64,000 nt of DNA from Chrysomallon squamiferum (GCA_012295275.1 CM022674.1:3844001-3908000); one strand, 5' to 3'; positions 14,738 through 30,767 are shown, counted from the stretch's first letter. Numbers and translations: made by a program. Notes: generated by a model not told the origin, from the letters alone.

Positions 14738-16719
14738 AATATGGTTATCAAATTTTATGATTATGGTTGGAATTTCATGGCTATATAGCAACAAATTTGC
14801 AGGTTATGAATATATTGGTACATCACAATATTAAAATTTTCTGTAACAACTCATATACAGTAATTTAAAATTTTCTCTTATGTTGTGATTATTTGTCTTA
14901 TTTGTGGTTAACAATCTCACGATAAGTAGCAGAAAAACACAAATATTATGATAATATACCCAGTGATATGTCAGTGTGCCATCAACGTTGATAATAAAAT
15001 ATATCAGCGTTTTCAACACTAACGCTATTGATATGTCAGTGTTATCAACGCATTAAAAAAAATGATGTTGGTGCAATGAATATTATCAACATTATAATAA
15101 AATTGATATGTCAATGCTATCAACACTTTAATAAAACTGATATAACCACATTGTTAACCATTCAACGGTTAAAACCAAAACTGTATCTCTTAGAGGGGGA
15201 CGTCAGGGGTAAAAAAAAAAACAGACAGAAAAGATTGGTTGGGTATCACTGTATGGAATATTATTGTTCATGTGTATGTATATATTATATATTTTGTTTT
15301 TGTGAATTCAGTTTTACTTAATGAAACAATGCCAGTGAAGGCTAATAAATGGCAACTATAATGTTTGTTCAAAGCTATAAAAAAAACAAAAAAAACACAT
15401 TTTTCTTTTTCGTTCTTTTAATTTTTACGGGTGGCACTGTTGTTCTTATTTTGGTTCATTTTTTTTAATCCTTCTTTCTCTCTTTCATTCGTATCTTTCC
15501 TTCTTTCTTTCTTTGATGGTGCTACGCTCTCTGATTGTTGTTTTAATACTGAAAGAATTGTTCATAATTTATTTCATTTGCTAGCTACGTATTTGCAGTC
15601 TCTTCCTTTCTGTTTTTTTTTTTTTTTTTTTTTTTATATCTTTATTTTGTTTTTATTTATTTTTATTTTTTTTGTTTTACCTTAGTCATTTATAAAGAAT
15701 TTTTTTTAATTTTTTTTTTACAATTTAGAACTGTTGCAGATATTTAGCTAACAAAAGTAAAATGTTACGTCTTTAAGAATTAATTCAGTATTTAAATGTT
15801 CCTTTTTTTTTTTTTTTTTTTTTTGGCTAGTTTATTGCAGACAGAGATACATAACAGACACACATTTGTACTTGTTATTTTAAGCCATACATTGACAATA
15901 AAATAATAAAAATAAAAACAAAATAAATAATGAAAAAAAAAAAGAAAAAAATAATTTGGGGTTTTGACAGTACTAGGATAATCAACAGTTAATTTAAAAT
16001 TTCATTTTGTGGAAGAAATAATTTGAAATTTTATATAAGTTTAAATTTAAAATTGTTTTTGCTTTTTAAGTGAACAACATATCTGAATTTTTAGTTTTGA
16101 TTTTAAACTCTTATATAAAATTTAGGTTTAAATATTTCAACAATCTTAACAGTTTTAAAATTATTATATATATATTTTTTTTATTCATTAAAAAAAAAAA
16201 ATTAATAACAATTATCAGTAACAGCAATTGTTTTTCATGCAGAAATGTTTTTAAAAAAAATGTGTTTAATAATTTAAAATTAAAAAAGAAAATCCACTGT
16301 AACTATGGAAACAAAGTGAATTAATTAATTGATGCTAATATAAAATAGATGTGTTTTCATAACAAGATAAAAATACTGATCTGCATTTTATTCCAGTCTC
16401 AAAAACATCCATAAATATAATTAAAACGAATAATTTGGTTTTTAAAAAACAAACAAAAACCCTGCTTACGCTAATTCACAGTAAATCACATACATGGTAA
16501 AACATAACTAAAATAATTTGATACTACGTAATTTCAGAAAAAAAAATAAATTGACTTAATCTAGGTGTTTTTATCAACTAAAGCATTTATATTAAGGATT
16601 ATTTTTTTTTAACATTCAATAAATAAAAAAAAATTCAAGTTCAGTTTTTTACATGCTTGCTATAATCGTATAATTAGAATAGTTTAATTAGAAATTAGTT
16701 CTTTTTTTTTTTCCTTTCT

Positions 16720-16752
<33 letters not shown>

Positions 16753-19574
16753 CAAAACTTGTTTACCAAACTGAGATTCATTGGTTCTGCAACAAAGACA
16801 TTTTTGTCTTCCAAACAAAGGCAGCAAAAAATATTTTTTAAAAACTCCCAAAATTTAAAGAGAAATGACAATAGAACTGGTTAGAAACAGTTCCAAAGTT
16901 AGTTTAACCAAAAAATTATAAATAAAAATACAACACAGAAAACCCCCTAAATCCCAACAAATTCAGGTATGCATAATATTTAAAACATTCATCACCCTTT
17001 ATAAAAAAAAAAAAATTTATTATTATTCTACAAGTAACAATTATTGGAGAAAAGAAAAGTAAAGAAAACAAGACGCACACAACATATATACGCACATACA
17101 CATGCATACTAATAAATGTAAAGACATACACACAAAATACACACACATATACACACATACTGACACACCGACTTCAAAGCATAAATAAATATAGTCACTC
17201 TCACGCGCACACACACATGCACAATCAAACAAAATTGTTAAAATACAAATACCAGGTTTTATAGTGCTGTTGATTTCTGTGCTTTGTTTTAGGCTACATT
17301 TAAAAACAATTTTTCTAAAAAACCACCGTACCTCTGTGGACAATGTTTTTTATTTATTTTTATTTATTTTTTAAATTTGGTTTATGTCCACCTCATATTA
17401 ACTTTAACTGAATTTTGTGCTTCCTTTTCAGAACAAACGAATTATCCCAAAACATTTAAAAAATAAAAAAATGGCATTCATTTTTATTGCATTTTTTTTT
17501 TCTTCTTCTTTTTAAATGTTTCGTGTACATATGTATGTATTTCATTGCATTATTTGTACCTTTAGTGAAAAAATATTTAAACAACAACAAAAAAAAAAAT
17601 ATAATTATACAAATATTTTAATTGTTAATTTAGTTAATTTTAGAGTTTGAAATTTTAAAAATTTTGTGTATTCATGAAAACTTTAACTGCTGCTGGTTCA
17701 TTGTTATTATTGTTTTATTATTTTTTCAAATGGTGCACTATTTTTTTTTTTTTTTTTTTTTTAATAGTAATGAATTTAGCTTTGATGGAGTCAGTCACTT
17801 TCTACTTTATTGCAAGTTCAGTTGATAATTTAAGATTTAAAAATTTATGAAAATATATCACTGACCTTGATGTAACCTTGAAGAATTTTTTTTAATTTTT
17901 TTTTTAACAGTTGTCATGCATTTAAAAATTCATAATTATTAACGTTAGCAATTTCAGTTCAAAGCATTTTAATATCCCCTCTTGTTGTTTAAATTTCTAT
18001 TTATTATTATTATTTTTTAAAATGGTTAAATCTATATTTTTTATTGTGCTACTGTGGTCCATTTCAAAATAGGGCAAAGTTATATGCCAGGCCATATATA
18101 TAATGATAATCGTATATTATTTTTCACAGTATAGGAAATAATAATGATAATAATACACATATTTCACTAATCCTGCAAAACCGAAATGTGCAATTTTTAC
18201 ATTTTGTGCACAATCAAGGGGAAGTAACTTAATAATCAAAGGTTAATAAATCAAATAAATGGCTGAAGAAAATATTTTTGTTATTTTAAGAAAGTCTCAT
18301 TTTAATGGACGTTTTATTTATTAACAGTAACAGTATGCATTGTTTCTTTCCTTTTTAGAATGATGATGATGATGATGATGATGATGATTATTCTTATTAT
18401 TATTATATCATCATCATCGTCAGCATGTTTTATGTTTAAACTTTTATTTTTTATTTTCTAAATGTTACGGTTTAAAGTTTTAAAATACAGAATTTTAAAA
18501 ATGTTCTTAACATTCTCTGAACAGCTAATGTTAGAAAAATACTCTCAGTGAGCAAGTGTTCAAATCTTGTAAGGTGAAGATTTAAAAAAAATACTAAAAA
18601 GAAATATGTATGGCCTTGTTTGACTTTGTCTTATGATGTAAAAAATTAGTGAAAAAAGTGATCGTTTCAATTATTGTTGTAAAGAGTTCTTTCAGGGGAG
18701 GTAAGCCAATAGACTGAGGAGGGGGTGAATTATTGAGATATCAGTATATATTCCAATATGAATGGGAAAAAAAGAGGAAAAAATTGATTCATGCCATTGA
18801 ATTTAACAACATGTTATTGCTACACTGATAAAAATAATAGATAAATAAATTAAAAAGAAATGGGTCAAAAGGGATTCCACCTCTTACTCCCACCCCTCCA
18901 GACAAACGTTCTCCCCCGTGAATTTAATATAATGGGTATATTTTGTAAAACTTAAGTGTTTACATAATTGTATATATATTTCTCTTCCACCTGATTTTTC
19001 TTTATTTTTTTTACTGGTCGAAAAATTCATTTTAGGTTTCTAAATGTTAATTTCACATTTCGAAATTGCAAATTTTAAACGTTGAAATATTTAGTAATGA
19101 AATGTTAATGTTGAAATATTAATTTTGAATAATGAAATATTAGTTTTTAAATGGATATTGAATAATAACCACCATTCCGATTATCAAATTTAATTTGTTT
19201 TCTTTAGTTTTTTTGTTTTTTTCCTTTTTAATGGTTATTTCATAAAATAACTTCTCCAAGTTAATTAGAAGAATAAACACTATTATAATGAACAGAGTTT
19301 TAATAATTAGTTATCCCCTTAAGTTATTTTTAAAAAAAAAAAAAAAAAAAAGATGGAAACTACTCATCTTAATTTTAAGATTGAGTTTTAATTTTTTTTT
19401 TTCTTACTTTGTGCACTTTGAATATATTGTTAGAAAAATAATAAAAATAGTATAATTTTTTATTATTATTATTGATTATTGATTATTTGTTACTAATGGG
19501 TGTGTTCTGTTTATGCACACATCAAATTCACATCATTCATATTCAGTTAAATTATTTCACAGATATTTTTTTTT

Positions 19575-19880
19575 TAAGGTTACCATAGTTACAAAACAGA
19601 AAGAAATAAGATTAATTTTTAGTGCTTACAATGGTTACAAAATAGGTATGACATTTTCTCTTTTTTTTCGGTTAACATAGTTTTACATGAAAGTTTTTTT
19701 CTTTTTTTTCTGTACAATTACTATAGTTACAGAACAGAATTGAAATAAGATGATTTTTTTTTTTCAATGATTACTGAATGAAATAAGATGATTTTTGTTT
19801 TTTTAATCAATCATTACCATGGCTACGACACACAAAAGAAATAAGATGAATTTTCAGTAGTTACCATGGTTACGAAACAT
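19575..19880. repeat. Degenerate tandem repeat of about 45-55 bp
   Basis: ttaccatggttac...gaaataagatga recurs 5-6 times. Confidence 0.6.
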
Positions 19881-20824
19881 GATGGTGTAAATTAATTCGT
19901 TTTCAAAGTTTTTATTATTGTAAACAAACGTACAGTGATTATTAAATGTTCTAAAAGTGTATCTGTGACTTGTGTACATATTGTGCTGTCAAAGTTGTGA
20001 TTGTAAATCTTTATTTTGATTTTCTAAATGATAAAAATTAATATGTTCACCCTTTCCCAAAAACGTTTTGTGTTCAGTTCAGATATATATATATATCTAC
20101 ATATAACCTAAATCTTGACCTGTTCAAAATGAACGAACATGAAATCAGATATTACAAACAAAAAGAAAAAAAGAGAGAGAGAGAGAGAGAGAGCAAGGGA
20201 GAGAAAAACAAACAAATTAGGGCATCTATGTAAATACGAAATACACAGGAGAAACATTTATAAAAATTATTATTTTTGGCGATAATTATACTACTACGCA
20301 TACATAAAGGTATTTTTAATTGTAAAAAAAAAAAAACATTTTTTATTTTAAAAATGAAATTAATTTTTTAGTTTTTATTAATGTTTTAGTTCTCTATTAC
20401 AGTGTATTATTGTTTTATTTTTATTTGTTCAAAATGTGCTATTATTATTATTATTATTGTTTTGCCATCCAATGGCAAATTATTTTTTCCGGTGTTTAAA
20501 CCTGTAAGGTATATAATTATATCTCCCCAGTTTTGATGACTCATTACTAGTTAAACAATTATTATTATTATATATACATTTTTTTCTTTGTTATTATTAT
20601 TTTTTTAAACAACAGAACTACAAATAATGGCGCTCCATGTATGTAGAGGTTATAAAAAATTTATTTAAAATAACATGAAATACAAATCAGAGAAGGAATT
20701 TCTTACGAAAATAATAAATAAAATTGTTTAAAAAATACCCTCGGTTTTATTGATCTTTGAAATGTTAATTTATGAAGGCTCAAATTTTTATATTACTCTT
20801 AATTATTATTATTATTATTTTTTA

Positions 20825-20859
<35 letters not shown>

Positions 20860-21276
20860 CAAACAGTATTAAGGTTACATAATTCTGTTGGTAAAATGTT
20901 ATATTTTATAACCTGTTTTTAGAGTTTGATTACTGAAAAGATGCAGCATTTTAAAATATGATAAATTGGATTAGAAAGGATTAAATGGATTATCACGGTG
21001 GATTAAAATAAAATTTCATTTTGTTATTATTTCTGTGATTTCCCCTCCAACATTGGTGAAGCAAATATAAAATACAGCTTGTAAAAAAAAAAAAAAATAA
21101 AATTTAAAACTGATAGGTGTGTGTGTGCAATACACACAGATATTGTATGCTTTAAAAACTTGTTTGGCAGGTGTAATTAAATCTTGAGAAATAAATAAAA
21201 AGGACACTGAGTGAGAATTCCCTTACCTGTGATAAAACTCTTGTCTGTAACTAGCAGAACGTTTTGCATTATTGTT

Positions 21277-21790
<514 letters not shown>

Positions 21791-22004
21791 TTATTAATAA
21801 ATAACAGTAGTAAAAGAAAGTTTTGATGTTCTTATTTATCTGTTGCCCTTTTTAATTTATTTTTTTATTATTATTAAAATCTCTAAAAAAATTTTATAAA
21901 TTAAAAAAAACATTAATAATAATAATGATAATAATAAACAAAATAAAAAGACATTCCATGTGTCTCTACCATCTCTAAACCACTTTATATCTTTTTTTAA
22001 AATA

Positions 22005-22064
<60 letters not shown>

Positions 22065-25000
22065 TTTACCTGTATACTCAGGTAGCACTGACTTAATTTG
22101 ACTACAGTGTTAATTAGTAAAGGTGAAAAACTGTAAAATAGAACATCACTTAGGAGAAAAGTGAATGCAATTTAAATTTAGCTGCTGAAAATAAAAATTT
22201 TTTTTTTTTTTTTTTTTAATGTGGAAGAAAAGAATGTGTGGAATTTGAATTTTTTTTTTATTTTAAATAAAGTTTTGAAGGAAGGAAAGAAATTTTTTTT
22301 TAGTCTTTGAATGAATCATGTTTACTGTTTTTGTTAGTTCATGTTTGAGAAACATGGGTTGGTATGGGAGAAATATAAATAAATAAATAAATAAATAAAT
22401 AAATATATTAAAAATAAAGAAAATAAAGTATATAATAAATGATAAAAAATAAAAGCCTGTAAATTAAAAATTAAAAGTCTATGTATATAATGTTTCTGCA
22501 TAACAGAATTTAGTTTATAATAGGAAATAAAATAAAATAAATAAATAAAAAATATACTAATTATACCAGATCCTCTGCTTACTAAAAAGATTAAGCAAGA
22601 AACCTTTCAAAAAATAATTTTCATTCTTAATAATAAATTGTTAAATGATGGAAAACAAAGGTGAAGAAATATCAAAATATATATTTATTTTTTTATTATT
22701 ATTATTATTTTTTTTTTTATGTGAGCCTAAATTTATGGTTTCTGTTACCTATGTACGATGTTCATTGATTGTGCCATAGTTTTACAGTGTACGTAAAATC
22801 TGAAAATTGTCATAGCATTTCTAGAAAAAGACAGAGACAGAACTGTTACCATAGTTATTACTTGATTTGTTAATTTGAAAACATATGGTGGATGAAGAAA
22901 ATTTAAATATTTGAATTTCTGATAATTAATTTTATTATTATTATTATTTGTTACTATTTTTATTTACTATTTTTGTTATTATTATTACTGCTATTATTTT
23001 GTTATTATTATTACAATAATAAGAAAAAAAAAACACATCTTAAACAGTTATAAGCAAATGTTTCTTTAAATATTAACTTATTTATTTACGTTTTTTTTTT
23101 TTTTTTTTCAAACAGTGCTTTATTCTGTTTTACAATTTTAAAACCTAGTGATTTTTTGTCTGTGATATTAACTGATAAATCTTCAAACTCCTAAACAGAT
23201 TTACCTATATTAAAAAAATAAATAAATAAATAAATTAAAAATTCAAAAATTAACATGGCCGTAATACCATCAGTATATTTCTTTAAAACAACACAAAATC
23301 CTGACTGATCGATTTTGGTTTACTAACACAAAAACTACAGGCGTAATCATATTATGTGATCTACAAAAACCATTCTTAAACCACGTGAATTTAGAATAAA
23401 GGCCAATTACACACTAACTGATTTCGTAAAACACTGGTATGCAGTGTTTTTCTTTGTCACTGTTGCCCTAATACGTTTTAATCTGCACATTATAGTATTG
23501 TAACTGGATCTGGTGAAATACTTGTGTTAAAACTCTGTGACCTTTTGTCTGTAATAAATATCAAACTATTAGCATTCAGGGTTGTATTTTTTCATTTTTT
23601 TTTTAACACTGAGTATACAGATCTTCTTATGTGAAAATCTTGGGTTATGTGCAGTTAAATTCTGTCATACATCAAACTGCAAAGTGAGAAAATAACATAA
23701 GTGAATATACACATTTATTACATATTCTTGGTTCATCAAATTGGTTGGTGAGAAAGCACCTTTAGTAAATTTCAGTAGTCTCACTTTCTGGACAGTACAA
23801 TTCAAATATGTACAAGTTGGTATCTGAAGTTGCTTTGTGTGAAAGCCCCTTTAGTGAACATTTGATACTGTAACGTTCATGCAGTGCAAGTCCTGGAAAA
23901 GTGGGTACATCAAAATTGCTTAGTGTGAAATTACCTTTAGGCAGTTAGTTTGGGAGTTTGAAGATACTGAAAATGTTTTAGTCTGTAGATTAAAAATAAT
24001 AATACTAATATTAAAATTGAAAATGATTTGTTTATTTTAAAATAAAACAACAAGAATACCTCTGGTTTACTTCCGTGTGTTCAAGACAGACATTATTTTA
24101 AAAATGGGGAAAAATATATTAACAAATACGTTATTCAGTTTATATCATTACTTTTTTAGATTTTAGTATTAAAGAAAAAAAATTCTGTTTGGGTCTTTAA
24201 GACTTGTTTATCAACATGTAAGAAATGTCTACAAATTCAAAAGAAATCGTGTATTTGAAGCATTATTATTACTATTTTTTATATTTATTTATTTATTTAT
24301 TTTTTTAGCTAAGTTACATATTTCAAATCATTTTTCTCTGAGATTGTATTTTACTATTGGGAATTAGTTGTAATGAAGTTTGATTACTTGGACCCTATGT
24401 AGAAATATCATCCCTGAATTCAGCCTGAATGATAGGGACTGTTTTAAAGTTTTTATTTTATTATATTTAAAAAATGTCTAAAAGCAGTCATGAAGAAGAA
24501 TATCTTCAAAAAAAAAAAAAAAAAAATAAAAAAGATTAAATTATTATTATTATTATTTTTTTTTTTTATTTATTCTATTTAAACATAACACCATTGTTGC
24601 TTCTGTATGCTGATTTTTTCCAAGATTATTACTCACAAATATTGTACTTGTATTTAAAAAAAAAAAAAAAAAATAAGTGTTTTCAAATAATTATTATTTA
24701 AAAAAATGAAATAAAAAATATATATATACAGAACTGTGAATAAAAACAATGAAATATTAAAAACAAGGATTGCTTTCAGTATTTGTGAGCAGATGTGTGT
24801 TGTTGATGGTTAAGAAAGAAGAATAAAAAATAAAAATTAAAAAAAAAATTATATAAAAAAAAATAATTAAACATTTTTGTCATCTGTTACTATGGTAACC
24901 AAATATACAAGTGTTAAATTCCTAAATTCATAGGTGCTTTCTAGCGAATGTTATATTAAATGTTATTAAAATAAAATAGGTAGACGTGAAAAAGTCTTCT

Positions 25001-25800
25001 GTTATTTTTATTCTTTTTATTCCTTTTTTTTTTAACACCATGTATTTATTTTAATGTGCATGTTAAAAATGAAATGATCAGTCTTACTTCTAGATACAAG
25101 ATGGGGCAGCAGAAAACAGACAAACCACTCAGTCCTTGAGGTACATCAGGACACAGGATTGGTCCCCGGTACCTCCCTTTGGCAGCTTCATATTCTAGCT
25201 ACAGCAACATTACACACGACTGGTTCATTAACAGCTAAGGCAGATATTTTTCCTCCTACCTATGGGCAGGTGCTTAATAAACAATCATTTTCTGCTAATT
25301 AGTAAGAAAATATCAACGGAGTGATTCAGAAAATTAAATGTTAAAAAATGTTTTATGCTTTGTGAAATTTAACAGTATAAGGATAACATGACGTCAATGA
25401 GAACAGTTTTACTGGTCAACTAAAAGAAATATTGACTCTGATATGAATCCCTAAAAGAGTTATAATACTTATTAGTATGTTAAAGGCTACAGATTATTTC
25501 ACTTAAAAAAAACAAAAAAGAACACTGTTTTCTTAATGTTAAAATGTTACTGGAGAGGAAAACCAATGGTTATTTCATAACACAATTTTTTATTTTCTCT
25601 GTCTGCAAACATTCATTATATTTAAATGCACAAGTGTTGGGGGTGTTGATTATTATAAATAGAAAACAAAACGAATTACAACAGCTTCTGTCTGTATTTT
25701 CACATAAATGCACTAAACACAGCTGAGTGAGGGAAGGGAGACAACTATGTACTCTGAACCCAAACAAACGTAGTCAGTCTGAATGTTAGTAAAGTTAAAA

Positions 25801-25873
25801 TCACCAAACGACATCGTCGTCTGCCGTTGCTAAGCATGCTGCAATGTGTCCATCAACATCTACTGAAGACATT
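25801..25873 (-). CDS. FAAP20: FAAP20-like protein, last exon completing the UBZ zinc finger
   Basis: Spliced C-terminus SCPLCLMDFDSRMSSVDVDGHIAACLATADDDVVW* closely matches human FAAP20 SCPMCQKEFAPRLTQLDVDSHLAQCLAESTEDVTW*, including the terminal Trp. Confidence 0.85.
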
Positions 25874-26163
25874 CTGAATACAGAAAAAAAAAATAAAAAT
25901 AAAAATAAAATAAAACATTTTATATAACAATGGTATACAAAGATAAAATCTCATTTAAAAATATAACTGGAGAATTAAAATGATAAAAAATTAAAAATTA
26001 AAAATTAAAAAATAACTAATAAAAAAATAAATAAATATACATTTAAATTTAATGGCTACAATAATCTAAACCAGTTTTAAAGAATTATTTTTCTTAAAAG
26101 AAATAATAAAATTACATTAATTTAAACAAATGTAAACTTCTAACCGTGCTAAAATTATCAAAC

Positions 26164-26932
26164 CTGCTGTCAAAATCCATCAGACATAACGGGCATGAAT
26201 TTATCCTTTTCTCATCGCTTTGGTTGTTCGAAGAAACATAACTCTGTTTTGTTGTCACTTCGTCAGGCATTGGAGAGTTACTTCCCTTCAAAACGGTATC
26301 GTCTTTTCTTACAAGCGATTGAACAGACGAAGAACTTTCAACTTCGTGTTTTGACAATCTCAGCAGCAACCTGTCGCCTCTTTCTTCAGCAGAATTTGAA
26401 ATTTTCCCGATGTCATTGTTATTTTTTGTACATTTCGTTTTAACAACTTCGTTTTTGTTCACAGGAAATTTAGTATCACACCTTTTCTGATTAATGCTCG
26501 AAGAATTGTGTGGTGAATTTTGTACTACAGTAGAAAATACACTTTTATTTTCTTTAGCTTGCAGATTATTTATTAAGGTAGATCTTTTGGAAAATAAATT
26601 AACTGCCTGAGGTTTTATTGCAGCAGAAGTCACTGAATCAATTTTGGCCAATTTCACAGAAGATGTTAGTTCTGAATGTTCATTGCTGCTCACTGTATTT
26701 TGTTCATTTAAACAAGTTTTAACATGTTTTTCATTTACAATCATTGCATTGCTAGAATCTTTATCATAAAAACTATTGTCGTTATAATCGGACAAATCTA
26801 CGTTATAATACACTGGTTTCTTCGTCGACACCAAGAACACATTTGAGGCAAGGGAGATAACTCCACTTCATCATCTGACACTAATGTATCAGAAGTTGAT
26901 TCCCTTGATGTATTGGTTGGCCCATTAAGTGT
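26164..26932 (-). CDS. FAAP20: FAAP20-like protein, exon 3 (apparent frameshift near 26800-26870); ends with first half of the UBZ, CPLCLMDFDS
   Basis: cattacag acceptor at 26933, AG|gtttga donor at 26163. Long ORF 26112-26840 carries CxxC, but the frame set by the acceptor stops near 26800. Confidence 0.7.
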
Positions 26933-28218
26933 CTGTAATGAAATAATATTTATACATAAAATATAAAAATAATAATAATAATGTTTGTTACTTTGTTAAA
27001 TAATTATCTTTCATCTTTGTCTGGTATTTAAAATTATTTTTGTTTTTATAAAAACTGTTATTAAGCTTAAAAAGTTGTAAGAAAGATAATGAAAATATTT
27101 ACTTTCTGGTTCATACATAAATTCAGGATTGTAACAAAAAGCTAATGTAGTTAGCAACAGATACATTCCCCTTCCATATACTATTTAAAAAATATATATC
27201 TAATAATAAATAAATATATACTCATATTTTTAAAAAATTTATTTACTTTTTACATATTTAACTTCTTAAATTTATAATTTTTGTGCTTCAAACAAAAATT
27301 GCACATTGTAGAATACTAAAGGAAGGAATGTACTGAAGATCTGTTGCTTTGATTTCAATATGAATGGCTTACTGCACACATTCAGAGGACATAATTTTTC
27401 TCTGTGCATGTTAATAACTAAAAACCATCTATAGGTGTAACTAATTATAAGCTAATAACTAAATAAGAATATAATTTACTACATGGAATTTATGAAAAAA
27501 AAAAATTTTTTTAACTGCTATTAGTTAAAATTATAGCTGACAATGATACTGAAAATAGTAAAAATACAAAAAACATTATTAACTGTTTGCAGTTTAGCAA
27601 TATTTGGGGTTGTAAATCAAGGTAGTTTACAGAGCTACTATATCTTGTATGAGATAAATTATATTTGCAGACTGGCTCATATGAAACCTGGATGTATAGG
27701 ATGTGAAAAATATGTACCTGTTTACATTTACAAAACATACGTAGAAATTGTTTACAAGGTGTTTAATGCATTCCATATAATTACAAACAACATTCAAAGA
27801 GCTGTCCATCAACTCCGAAACAATTTTTTGCTGTTATAGACTGCCTAGTTAATTATGGACTGACTTCTGTGTTCAGATGGTCATATGAGCCAAGGAAAGG
27901 ACACCCCCCACCCCTCTCGTTCAGGTTGGCTGGACAGCACTGCAGAGAGTCCCCCTGGCAGTTACTATATAGCTTATTATGCAATATGCTTTTATAATCC
28001 CCTACGAGATTTGAAATAAACTTTTCCAATTACCCACATAGTCTAATAGCCTGCTAAATAATTTTCACTTCATATAAGAATATTTTAATCTTTACTGAAA
28101 TGTTTCAGATCAAGTGTGAAGTCACCTATGAAATGGCTGAGACTTCAAGAGAATTTTGTAGCCAGTCCAATTATACGTTTATAAATATAAAGAGTAGTTA
28201 GAACAAGAGGACACTCAC

Positions 28219-28357
28219 TGATGTAAATACAGGTAGATCGTCTAAATCAGTTTTGTTGTAATCGGCTGTTTCAATCTGAAGAAGTTGTTTTCTTAACTGC
28301 TGTAATGATAAATCCTCAGATGTTTGACAAGCAGTTTCTGATCTCTGTGGATGATTT
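28219..28357 (-). CDS. FAAP20: FAAP20-like protein, exon 2
   Basis: Pyrimidine tract plus aag acceptor, TCA|gtgagt donor, phase 2-0. Ends DLDDLPVFTS, similar to the FAAP20 LPAF motif. Confidence 0.7.
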
Positions 28358-28386
28358 CTTAAAGAAAAAAAATGGCATGTAAAATG

Positions 28387-28451
<65 letters not shown>

Positions 28452-29206
28452 AAGAAGAAGAAGAAGAAGAAGAAGAAGAAAACAAGAAAAAAGAAATTTA
28501 AATAATAATACTAATACATTAATGATGATGATGATGATAAATATAATAATAATATGAAGAAGAAAAAAGAAAGAAATTTAAATAATACTACTACTCATAT
28601 TAATAATAATATTATTACTAATAAATTATGACTACTACTACTACTACTACTAATAATAATAATAATAAAAAATACAGCTTACAATGTGTAGATTATATTT
28701 TTGATAGCTAATAATGATCATGTACTATGGATATCTAGTTTCATGAATATGAATCTTCATCAGTTTGTGAAAATATAGATTCAAAATATTCAGACTGGAT
28801 GTAACATTTTCCTCTGAAAATGTTCATTCATTCTGTTGTTTTATAATTTATTTAACAATATGCAAGTAATATAAAAGAAACACTACTGAACAAAATGCAT
28901 TTAAGTGAAAAGTACTAAAACAGTGAAAATATATTTTTGTTTATTTATGTATTTCTACAGCTGATAAAATAATATTGGCAATTAGATTTAGTTTGCATAT
29001 CAGAAGATTTTAAAAATAGAAGTAAAGTAAAGTAATAAATAAACTGAAATTATTTTTCTTCAAAGGTAATATATATATATATAGACAGATAGATAGATAG
29101 ATAGATAGTTAGATAGACAGATAGATCGATAGATTCAATGCACCAAGGTAAACTGAAATCAATTCTATGCAAGGTTTCGATCGATTGTCAAATCAAAATT
29201 ACTTAC

Positions 29207-29502
29207 TTTAATTCTGTTTTCACTTGTTTATGTTCATTATTAATTTCGATTTCGTCGTCGTCTGATATCATGACAATATCATCGCTCTCTAACCCATTAC
29301 TAGTTGATAGTATGCCTACATCGAGCCGCATTTTCTTGGCTAATGGTGGAATTTCCTTTTCTTTCAAATCTATTGAGACTATTCCTCCTTCAGGTTTGGT
29401 TAATTCAGACGACAGCTCTTTATCACGTACTTTTGAAAGTGACAAGGCATTGTTTCGTGTTTTTCCTTTTAGCGTTAAACGACTTAGTCTGTTTCCTTGC
29501 AT
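29207..29502 (-). CDS. FAAP20: FAAP20-like protein, first coding exon
   Basis: ATG at 29502; MQGNRLSRLTLKGK resembles human MEAARRPRLGLSRR. AA|gtaagt donor, phase 2. Confidence 0.7.
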
Positions 29503-30712
29503 TTTTTCACAAGAACTGCTAAACTCTATTTACATTTTATCCAGAACAACACAAATTACAAATATACCGCTATTATTGATTGTATACTTTATTTATCTTT
29601 TATCGGAATACAGAAATGAGTTAATCTAAGGGAGCTCACTCTAATTACACCTGTTATAAGTTGACAAAATAATTGTTATTCTATTTTACAAAGAGAATCA
29701 CCAATTTCTCTGTGTTTTCAGAGAAATAAAATAGCGTCTTCAAAATTATTATTATATTTATTTTAATTCAAAACGCAGAATGTTTGCCTTCACATTCTAT
29801 TTTAAAATGTTTCTCGATCGTCTCTATCACTCAATACACATTATTCCATTATATTCAAATGTTCAATGAAAAAAACGTATTTAGAATTACTGAAGACTTT
29901 ATTAAAATCAATAAATGTTAGTAATACTGCCTGCAGAGTACCTGAGGGTCATGTGTACTTATATGAATAATGTTCGCTACGGTACGTAATTTATTTTAAC
30001 ATACCGTTTGGCGATCAAAATGTCGGCTTGGTATGCAAACTGGCTTCAGAGGCTCTCAAAATTGTTCAGATTTGAAATAACTCGCTGTCGTGTATTTACC
30101 GTCAGGAATTCAGTTAAGACAAGTGTCTAGACCTGCTACTGACCTAACTGTAGATCTTCATAAAGATTTTGCATAACAGTGAATGAACGTAAAATTAACA
30201 ATTTAACATTATTATTTAAGAATGTTTGTTTTGTGGCTAACAGGTGTGTTTTATGAGTGTGTTTGTGTATATGTGTATAATGTATGTGTTTGTGTGTATA
30301 TGTGTGTCTATGTGTTGTTTGAGTCTATATTTATGTATGTGTGTGTGTACGTAGGTAGGTACAAAATTATATTTTGAGAGAGCATAGCCATTGCCTTACT
30401 CATTAATTAGAAACAAATACAATCTCGTGTTGTCATAAATTGCAGTGAAGCAAATACGCCATATTTTATATATCATCACTTAAGGCTGATTTACACTTTA
30501 TTATTCATATATTTTATACTTTAAAAATGTCTTCTTTAACAAATGAACAACAATTGTACTGTTGGAGGACAAATTCAGCGCATGGATGTTCAGTATATCT
30601 AAATATAGCTGACTGACAAAAGTAATACAAATAAAATGAAAATAATAAATGAATATTTCATAATAAAATAGCTACATAGAAGTATCTTTAAATAATAATA
30701 ATAATAATAATA

Positions 30713-30767
<55 letters not shown>

